From Thermoplasmata archaeon (GTDB lineage: Archaea > Thermoplasmatota > E2 > UBA202 > JdFR-43), in assembly GCA_021162065.1 (NCBI GenBank), contig JAGGZK010000032.1, forward strand, positions 1 to 60,046: a stretch of DNA of 60,046 nucleotides, written 5' to 3'. Below are positions 1-6,239 of the stretch, in pieces. The notes beneath the pieces are model-generated. The model saw only the letters and a program-made list of their open reading frames with translations, had not been told where the DNA came from and ran no database searches. Numbering within the stretch: the stretch's first letter is position 1; every line of letters starts with the position of its first letter. A program made the translations under genes and the position numbers.

Positions 1-395
1 GCCCCATCAACAGGGAGAGAATAGCATCCTCCATAATACAGCTGATAAAGGAGGAGGGCAAAAGATACAGGCTGGTTTTCGATTCCCTTTCCACCCTCAT
101 AGTTTATTCAGATGCAAAGGCGGTATTTCGATTCCTCCAGGTTCTGAGCGGAATGTGCAAAAGAAGCAATGTGACATCCCTGTTCAGCATGACAAGAGGA
201 ATGCATGAAGAAATAGAGGTGCAGACCATAAAGCATCTCATGGACGGCGTCATAGAGATGAGGGAGGAGGGCGCCAGATTTCAGCTCAGAGTGCAGGGAT
301 GCGGAGAGGTGATATCCCGACACTGGATAGATTATCTTCTGGAAGGAGAGGAGATACGCCTCACCGGTGCCTTCAGAATGGGAAGAGTTGCGTAA
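1..395 (+). CDS. C-terminal fragment of a KaiC/RecA-superfamily or DUF835-like protein; the 5' end lies outside the window
   Basis: The frame is open from base 3 to TAA at 393-395; the track lists only the Met153 sub-ORF. The translation ...KRYRLVFDSLSTLIVYSD...DGVIEMREEGARFQLRV has the hydrophobic-DSLS strand and downstream layout of archaeal KaiC-like proteins. The P-loop region would be off-window. Confidence 0.45.
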   Translation, partial: PINRERIASSIIQLIKEEGKRYRLVFDSLSTLIVYSDAKAVFRFLQVLSGMCKRSNVTSLFSMTRGMHEEIEVQTIKHLMDGVIEMREEGARFQLRVQGCGEVISRHWIDYLLEGEEIRLTGAFRMGRVA

Positions 396-756
396 TGAGC
401 AGGAGGGCAAAAATAAAGATTGCAATTAATATGGCAATTGTTACAAGCAATCTGCCCATTTTTTCATCGCTGGAAAAAACTATGGGGATTGGGCCTATGA
501 ATATTATGCCCCCTGTTTTCATCTCTGTCTTTTCAGTCGGCGGAAATTCAGTTTTTCCCATTTCATGGGGGAAGGAAAAGAAGAAGCTCAGGAAGGAAAG
601 GAAAATGAGAAGGATGCCAACCATGCTGAATATCCCGCTTCCATAGAAAAAGGGAAAGATGATGAATATCCCTCCTTTTCCCTCTCCAGTAAGAAAAGCA
701 AGGAAAAGAAGGATTGTGCCAGAGATAAATAAAAGTTGAGGAATTCTACTTCCCAT
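373..756 (-). CDS. hypothetical multi-pass membrane protein
   Basis: 127-aa ORF with several long hydrophobic stretches (ILLFLAFL, IFSMVGILLIFLSFLSFFF, LLVTIAILIAIFIFALLLI). Its start overlaps the uppS stop by 11 nt, which suggests co-transcription. No family recognised. Confidence 0.45.
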   Translation of the reverse strand: MGSRIPQLLFISGTILLFLAFLTGEGKGGIFIIFPFFYGSGIFSMVGILLIFLSFLSFFFSFPHEMGKTEFPPTEKTEMKTGGIIFIGPIPIVFSSDEKMGRLLVTIAILIAIFIFALLLITQLFPF

Positions 757-1636
757 ATCTTCTCTGCCTCCTCTGATATGACTGGATGGCCCTCAGGAAA
801 TCGGTCTTTTTGAAGGAGGGCCAGTAAACATCGGCAAAGTATAACTCGGAATAGGCGAGTTGCCATAAAAGAAAATTGGAGACCCTTTCCTCCCCGGATG
901 TTCTCAAAACCAGATCAGGGTCTGGAAGGGGAAGATGGGAAGTATATAGATAGGAAGCGACCACCTCCTTGTTTATCTCCTCCGGCGAGAGTTTGCCTTT
1001 CTTTATATCCTCTCCTATTTTTCTTATGGCCGTGACTATCTCCTCCCTCCCTCCATAGCCTATGGCGATGTTGAAGTAATATTTATCATAATTTTTTGTC
1101 TTTTCCATTACATCCTTGGCTGCCCTTTTAACACCCTCCGGAAGCAGGTCTATCTGCCCTATGACCTTCACCTTCACCTCCTTCTCATTTATTCTCTCAT
1201 CTTCGGCCATCCTTCTCAAATCCTGCTCAAAGAGAGACATAAGATGCTCCACCTCCTCCTTTGGCCTTTTAAAATTATCGGTGGAAAAGGCGAAGACGGT
1301 GAGAATTTTTACTCCCACCTCGTGACACCATTTTATGACGTCCTGCAGCTTATCCTTCCCCATCTCATGGCCTTTATAGGGCGGCATTCCCTGCTCCATT
1401 GCATACCTTCTGTTTCCATCCATTATTATGGCTATGTGCTGGGGGAGAGGATATCTCTTTATCTCCTCCATCAGCTTCTTGGCCAGGATTCTGTCCGTCT
1501 CTCTCCTTATTACTTCAAATACCTTGTTGTTCCTGAGGTGGTGCATAACCTGACGGGCAAATTCCGTCTCTATGGCCCGTTCGCCTATCCTTTCGATTCT
1601 TCTCCTGAACATTTCTGGAATTATAACCGATCTCAC
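746..1636 (-). CDS. uppS: cis-prenyltransferase (undecaprenyl/di-trans,poly-cis-polyprenyl diphosphate synthase)
   Basis: Contains HIAIIMDGNRRYA and RTSGEERVSNFLLWQLAYSELYF, the hallmark UppS motifs. The true start may be an internal Met (MFRRR or MHHLR). Confidence 0.9.
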   Translation of the reverse strand: MRSVIIPEMFRRRIERIGERAIETEFARQVMHHLRNNKVFEVIRRETDRILAKKLMEEIKRYPLPQHIAIIMDGNRRYAMEQGMPPYKGHEMGKDKLQDVIKWCHEVGVKILTVFAFSTDNFKRPKEEVEHLMSLFEQDLRRMAEDERINEKEVKVKVIGQIDLLPEGVKRAAKDVMEKTKNYDKYYFNIAIGYGGREEIVTAIRKIGEDIKKGKLSPEEINKEVVASYLYTSHLPLPDPDLVLRTSGEERVSNFLLWQLAYSELYFADVYWPSFKKTDFLRAIQSYQRRQRRYGK

Positions 1637-2052
1637 TTAAATAATTGTTGTTTTGCAGCACAGCAATAGCAGCATCAAAGTAGACGGCGATAATCGAGGA
1701 GCATTACAAAATTTGCAAAACAAGATACGGCAAGGGAGAAAGATATTATGAAAAAAACAATTTTTACATAATCCAGCGGAAAAAGATTCATAGACAGGGC
1801 CATTCCAGTAATTGTTCCAAAGATTCCTATTTAAAGATACGCCACAGCAACAAAAAACAGAGAAATTTTTTTATCTTCATATTTTTCATCTTATGGATTC
1901 TGAAAAGCATCATTTTAGGTTACATGGGCCTTTGTTTTCTCGGCAAATTCCTCCCATTCCATGAATCTATATTTCTTTTTCTATAAAACTCCTATAAAAA
2001 TTCAGCCACATCATCAAAAGAAGAATGCCTGCATGCCCTCTTTTGATGGAAG

Positions 2053-2063
2053 TTTTTATATAT
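2053..2063 (+). promoter_or_regulatory. TATA-like box upstream of carbamate kinase
   Basis: tttttatatat lies 17-27 nt upstream of ATG 2080, which fits an archaeal leaderless or short-leader promoter. The track's ATG at 2062 sits inside this box. Confidence 0.35.
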
Positions 2064-2079
2064 GCAAGATATTAACTTT

Positions 2080-3003
2080 ATGAAAGCGGTGGTGGCCCTT
2101 GGCGGAAACGCACTGACGGGCAAGAAGAGAGAGGCAGACATAAACAAGCAGTTTTCCGAAATGAAAAAGACCGCCGGCTCCATCGCAAGAATGATAAAAA
2201 ATGGATGGCACATAGGAATAACGCATGGCAACGGCCCGCAGGTGGGGGCGCTGATGCTGCAGCAGAAAGCCGCCATGGATATTGTGCCTCCAATGCCCCT
2301 TCATGTTCTGGGAGCACTCACCCAGGGAGAGATAGGATATATAATCCAGCAGTGCCTTCTCAATGAATTTAAAAGTCAGGGTATCGAAAGAGAAATAGCA
2401 ACCGTGATAACCCAGGTCATTGTGAACGAAAAGGACGAGGCGTTCAAAAATCCCACCAAGCCCGTTGGCCCCGTATACTCATCCACTGAGGCTGAGAACC
2501 TTAGAAAAAGTTATGTGATGGGTAAGGTGGAGGGAGGATGGAGAATTCTTGTCCCCTCTCCAAAGCCCCTCTCAATAGTTGAGTCAGAGATAATAAAGGG
2601 GTTGATGGAAAGCGGCATAGTGGTCATCGCTGCAGGAGGAGGAGGCATTCCCGTTGTCAGAAAGGGCAACATACTTCATGGCGTGGATGCGGTGATAGAT
2701 AAGGATCTTGCATCCCAGAAACTGGCCAATGAGATAGGGGCGGATGTTCTTCTCATCTTAACAGATGTGGAGAGGGTTTGCATCAATTATGGCAGAGAAA
2801 ATCAGGAGGAGCTGGAAGAGGCGAGCATAGAGGAGATGGAAGAATACATGAAAGAAGGCCATTTCCCGCCCGGCTCCATGGGGCCAAAGGTGGAGGCGGC
2901 CATAAATTTCATAAAAAATGGTGGAAAAAGGGCCATAATAACATCCATAGAGAACGCATGGAAGGCGATGGAAGGAAACGCGGGAACGCATATACACAGG
3001 TGA
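2080..3003 (+). CDS. arcC: carbamate kinase
   Basis: MKAVVALGGNAL N-terminus, ITHGNGPQVG, and an amino-acid-kinase-fold C-terminal half. Start moved from 2062 to 2080 to match the usual MK-vv-ALGGNA start and the TATA position. Confidence 0.9.
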   Translation: MKAVVALGGNALTGKKREADINKQFSEMKKTAGSIARMIKNGWHIGITHGNGPQVGALMLQQKAAMDIVPPMPLHVLGALTQGEIGYIIQQCLLNEFKSQGIEREIATVITQVIVNEKDEAFKNPTKPVGPVYSSTEAENLRKSYVMGKVEGGWRILVPSPKPLSIVESEIIKGLMESGIVVIAAGGGGIPVVRKGNILHGVDAVIDKDLASQKLANEIGADVLLILTDVERVCINYGRENQEELEEASIEEMEEYMKEGHFPPGSMGPKVEAAINFIKNGGKRAIITSIENAWKAMEGNAGTHIHR

Positions 3004-3004
3004 G

Positions 3005-4204
3005 TCAAATTTTCTCCATCACCTCTTCAATGCTCACATTTTCCTGCTCTCCCGTCTCCATGTTTTTGAGAACGATTTTACCTTCCTTCCATTCATCGGG
3101 AGCCACAATGACAACGTTCTTTATTCCCTTCTTGTTGGCATAATCCAGGGATTTTCTTATGCTCCTGCCCATTATATCCATCTCTGTGATTATTCCTTCT
3201 CCCCTTAACTTCCTCGCCACCTTTATAGCCTCTCTAAGCATTCCCTCCATATAGGCCACATACACCCTCCTTCTTTCCTCGCTGAAGTCAAATCCTTCCA
3301 TCTCCAGGGCGAGAAGGGTTCTGTCGAATCCTATGGCAAATCCGGAGGTGGGTATTTTTCTTCCACCGAGAAGAGGAACAATATTGTACTCGCCTCCGCC
3401 GCACAGTTGCTTTTCCGCCCCGAGGCGGGGGGCATCCATTTCAAACACCACGCCCACGTAATAGTCAAGACCTCTTGCTATGGAGAGATCTATGCTGTAT
3501 GGAACTCCGAAATCCTCCAGATAACTCACTATCTCCCTCATCCTTTCCGCCTCTTCAAATTCAATGGCGTCCAGGTTGTTGCTTGCTATGAAATCCATGA
3601 ATTTCCCGTATTCCTCCTCACCCATTCTCCTTTCCAGCTCTCCAAACTCCTTCTTGTCTATGAGACGCATTATCTCCGCGTCCCTTGCCCCTATTCCATC
3701 GAGAAAACGGCGAAGGATGTCGAGGTTGCCTACTCTCACCACAATACTCTTCAAACCGCTCTGCCTGAGTACGGAGTAGGCGGTGCTTATCAGCTCCGCA
3801 ATCGCCTCAGGCCTGTCGCTCCCTATCATCTCGCATCCAAACTGCCAGAACTCCCTGTAACGACCTTTCTGGGGGCGATCATATCTGAAGCAATTTCCGA
3901 AATAATAGAATTTCAGGGGCTTTGTCTCCATCTGGAATCTCTCCACATAAAAACGCATCACGGGAGCGGTCAACTCCGGCCTGAGAGCCAGTTTTCTTCC
4001 GGATTTGTCCTCGAAGGCATACGTCTCATCTATGACACCCTCTCCGGATTTGAGGGTGAACAAGTCAAGATGCTCAAAGGTTGGAGTGGCAATCTCCTCA
4101 TAACCATAACTCTCAAAAACCTCCCTCATTCTGCTCTCGAGCCATCTCCTCCTCCTCATTTCTTCAGGGGTGAAATCTCTTGTGCCTCGAGGCCTTGAAA
4201 TCAT
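3005..4204 (-). CDS. hisS: histidyl-tRNA synthetase
   Basis: Class II motifs are present: RPRGTRDF near the N-terminus, FRYDRPQKGRYREFWQFGCE and GFAIGFDR. Start placed at internal ATG 4204 (MISRPRGTRDF). The 27 upstream codons of the track ORF are AT-rich and low-complexity (SSFSSNSININI). Confidence 0.95.
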   Translation of the reverse strand: MISRPRGTRDFTPEEMRRRRWLESRMREVFESYGYEEIATPTFEHLDLFTLKSGEGVIDETYAFEDKSGRKLALRPELTAPVMRFYVERFQMETKPLKFYYFGNCFRYDRPQKGRYREFWQFGCEMIGSDRPEAIAELISTAYSVLRQSGLKSIVVRVGNLDILRRFLDGIGARDAEIMRLIDKKEFGELERRMGEEEYGKFMDFIASNNLDAIEFEEAERMREIVSYLEDFGVPYSIDLSIARGLDYYVGVVFEMDAPRLGAEKQLCGGGEYNIVPLLGGRKIPTSGFAIGFDRTLLALEMEGFDFSEERRRVYVAYMEGMLREAIKVARKLRGEGIITEMDIMGRSIRKSLDYANKKGIKNVVIVAPDEWKEGKIVLKNMETGEQENVSIEEVMEKI

Positions 4205-4289
4205 GGGAATAAAATAGGAGGGGATATTTATATTAATTGAATTTGAAGAGAATGAAGATATGTTTATAAATCGCCCCTCTTCCATATTT

Positions 4290-4332
4290 TCACAGATAAT
4301 TCATTTATAATTAACAAGTAAGTTATCTGTGA
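4290..4332. repeat. perfect 10-bp inverted repeat (tcacagataa / ttatctgtga) with a 23-nt AT-rich spacer in a divergent intergenic region
   Basis: Read directly: arms at 4290-4299 and 4323-4332 are exact reverse complements. It lies between the hisS start (4204, minus) and the start of the + strand gene string at 4383. Confidence 0.6.
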
Positions 4333-4382
4333 TTGATAAACTTAATATAAAATTTACATTTAATATTCTGGAGGTGTGAAAT

Positions 4383-4844
4383 GTGAGGAGACTGTTGTTG
4401 ATAATGCTGGCTGCAGTTCTTTTGGTTCCCCCATTACCCATAATGAAGGCATCATATACCCAGGATGTGGCCATAATAGATATGGAATGTGTATCTGGTT
4501 TCATAACCTATGACAGAGACGAGCGGTTCAGGGCCAAAATATTTAACAGCGGAAACTCAGAAATGAGAGTCGATGTTGAGTGGTATCTGGACGGAATATT
4601 CATCAAGCGGGAATCAGGCGTGAATCTCTCCGCAAATGAATATTCATGGACTCCTCCCGTTGTAATACACTGGCCCGACGATTTTCGCCGCCATACAGTC
4701 ACGGCAAAGGTGATAATCTCCGATTCCGATCCGGAAAACAACCAGAGGAACGAAACCTACCGCGCATCCTTCATAACTCCTATAACATCAATTCCTCTCC
4801 TGGAATTGGTTCTTGGGCTCTTTAACCCGGTGAAATATTTTTAA
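4383..4844 (+). CDS. small secreted/surface protein with a CARDB-like beta-sandwich domain
   Basis: N-terminal signal-like segment (RRLLLIMLAAVLLVPPLPI). The core DVAIIDMEC...RAKIFNSGNSEMRVDVEWYLDG...HTVTAKVIISDSDPENNQRNE matches the CARDB pattern. Hydrophobic C-terminal tail. GTG start at 4383; an alternative ATG is at 4404. Confidence 0.6.
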   Translation: MRRLLLIMLAAVLLVPPLPIMKASYTQDVAIIDMECVSGFITYDRDERFRAKIFNSGNSEMRVDVEWYLDGIFIKRESGVNLSANEYSWTPPVVIHWPDDFRRHTVTAKVIISDSDPENNQRNETYRASFITPITSIPLLELVLGLFNPVKYF

Positions 4845-4876
4845 ATGCATAATCGTTTTAGTGGTGGTGGAGGGAA

Positions 4877-5110
4877 ATGAAGATAACAATTAAGGATGCG
4901 GAGACGGGTAATAGAATAAGTATGGAGGTGGAGGCAGACAACACGGTGGAGGAGATAATTGAGGAGGCGGCAAATTACTGGAAGAAGAATCCGGGCGCTT
5001 ATGTGGTGCGACTGGGAAAGAAAATTCTCCAGGCAGAGCTCACGGTGGAAGAGGCGATGCTCCAGGAGGGGGATGTGATAGAGCTCATACCCGATCCGGA
5101 AGGGGGTTAA
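4877..5110 (+). CDS. ubiquitin-like beta-grasp protein ending in Gly-Gly
   Basis: 77 aa ending ...IELIPDPEGG then TAA. GGAGG lies about 8 nt upstream of the ATG. ISMEVEADNTVEE resembles ubiquitin [13 protein letters not shown]. Gly47-Lys48 sit at the same index as in ubiquitin. Alternating strand/helix pattern is typical of a beta-grasp fold. Confidence 0.75.
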   Translation: MKITIKDAETGNRISMEVEADNTVEEIIEEAANYWKKNPGAYVVRLGKKILQAELTVEEAMLQEGDVIELIPDPEGG

Positions 5111-5629
5111 ATGCCTCTGCCAAGGGACCTGCTTATAAAAAGGATAAAGAATGAACTCAGGGAATGCAGAAGAAATCTTCGCCATCACTTTGTTTTATCA
5201 GACCCGGAAATCAAGAAACTGCCTCTGGAGATAAATGTTACACTGGTGGACACTCCCGGTCCCGTATGGAAGGATGGCAGTGTGGCCCACAAGTACAACC
5301 ATAAACTCAAGATAATAATCACAGAGGAGTATCCATATCAGACTCCAATAGTCAGATGGCGAAGCAGCATCTTTCATCCAAACATAATGCCACCGGAGGA
5401 CGGAGGATATGTCTGCACCAAACTCTTGGACGGATGGAATTTCCGCTCCACTCTCCTTACCTTCATAAAGGGACTGGAGATACTTCTTGCCAATCCAAAC
5501 CCGGATAGTCCTTTCGAAACAGATTCCTGTACCAGAGCCGCGGAATATTTTCATAAACATCCTTATCAGGTGCCGAAGCAGACAAGGAAAAGGCCCATCA
5601 TCATAGAGGAAGATGGTCAGGATAAATGA
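5111..5629 (+). CDS. ubiquitin-conjugating enzyme (E2/UBC-fold) homologue
   Basis: The ATG immediately follows the Ubl stop (TAAATG). Contains RIKNELRE, EEYPYQTPIVRW, IFHPNIMPPEDGGYVC(102)TKLLDGWN and LANPNPDSPFE, which is the canonical HPN...Cys...W...PNPxxP layout of E2 enzymes. The Cys102 codon is at 5414-5416. Confidence 0.85.
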   Translation: MPLPRDLLIKRIKNELRECRRNLRHHFVLSDPEIKKLPLEINVTLVDTPGPVWKDGSVAHKYNHKLKIIITEEYPYQTPIVRWRSSIFHPNIMPPEDGGYVCTKLLDGWNFRSTLLTFIKGLEILLANPNPDSPFETDSCTRAAEYFHKHPYQVPKQTRKRPIIIEEDGQDK

Positions 5630-6239
5630 GGAGATAAGGAAGGAATATACCATAAAGCCCCCGCCCTCCCACCTGATTTTTGAGTATGGGAGGGACAGCA
5701 TGGAAGAATATATGGAAAAACACGGGTATGCCATGGAATCAAGTTATGCAAGGAGAAGCGAGGAGACAAAGGAAAGGGTGGAGGCGATTAAGAGAGAGGG
5801 GCTGGACTTTTATATAAAGGAGGAGGCGATGGAAAAGATACTCAGGCATTGCTATGAGCAGGCATTGAAAGGGAGAGAGAGCATGGGCTTTCTGGTGGGA
5901 GATGTAAGGAAGTGGAATGATGTATATGCTGTTGTATACGACATCGCCACCGCGTCTCTGGAGGCATCCTCCGTTTATGTGAGATTTCACAGAGAAGCCT
6001 TTGAGGAATTGTTTGATGCGCTGGATGAGATTGAGTATGAGTATGTCCTTCTTGGATGGTATCATTCCCACCTGGGCTATTCCAGTTTCATGTCATCCAT
6101 AGATATGGAAACGCAGAGAACATATTTCACCCAACCATATCATGCGGCTCTGGTTGTTGATCCCATAACCAGGGAAATGAAGGCCTTCAGGATAATAAAT
6201 GAAGAATGCGTTGAGATACCCTACGCCATATTCAGATGA
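5613..6239 (+). CDS. JAMM/MPN+ metalloisopeptidase (Rpn11/JAB-type)
   Basis: Complete MPN+ signature: Glu89 in RESMGFLVG, then H151-S-H153-LGYSSFM-S161-SI-D164 (HxHx7Sx2D; cat tcc cac at 6063-6071). The start overlaps the E2 gene by 17 nt and has GAGGA upstream. About 65 N-terminal residues precede the MPN core. Confidence 0.85.
   Translation: MVRINEEIRKEYTIKPPPSHLIFEYGRDSMEEYMEKHGYAMESSYARRSEETKERVEAIKREGLDFYIKEEAMEKILRHCYEQALKGRESMGFLVGDVRKWNDVYAVVYDIATASLEASSVYVRFHREAFEELFDALDEIEYEYVLLGWYHSHLGYSSFMSSIDMETQRTYFTQPYHAALVVDPITREMKAFRIINEECVEIPYAIFR

Noticed and set aside
2002-2016. C/D-box sRNA-like motifs on the minus strand (TGATGA at 2016-2011, CTGA at 2005-2002)
   Set aside because: Only 5 nt separate the boxes, where a guide of about 12 nt is expected. 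No second C'/D' pair or terminal stem was found.
3407-4198. 263-aa + strand ORF inside hisS
   Set aside because: It is antisense to a clear class II HisRS and has no recognisable motif. This is a typical shadow ORF.
4205-4285. N-terminal extensions in track ORFs: hisS 4205-4285, rpoN 8066-8113, nikR 34268-34330, CBS 54251-54301, UPF0058-like 37867-37998, aldolase 21121-21180
   Set aside because: The extensions are AT-rich and low-complexity, or they use TTG/GTG starts, overlap neighbouring genes or overlap promoter boxes. Conserved family N-termini begin at the internal ATGs that I chose.
5198-5734. 178-aa minus-strand ORF spanning the E2/JAMM genes
   Set aside because: The opposite strand encodes two proteins with complete catalytic motifs (HPN...Cys; HxHx7Sx2D). 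The antisense translation is low-complexity with no motifs.
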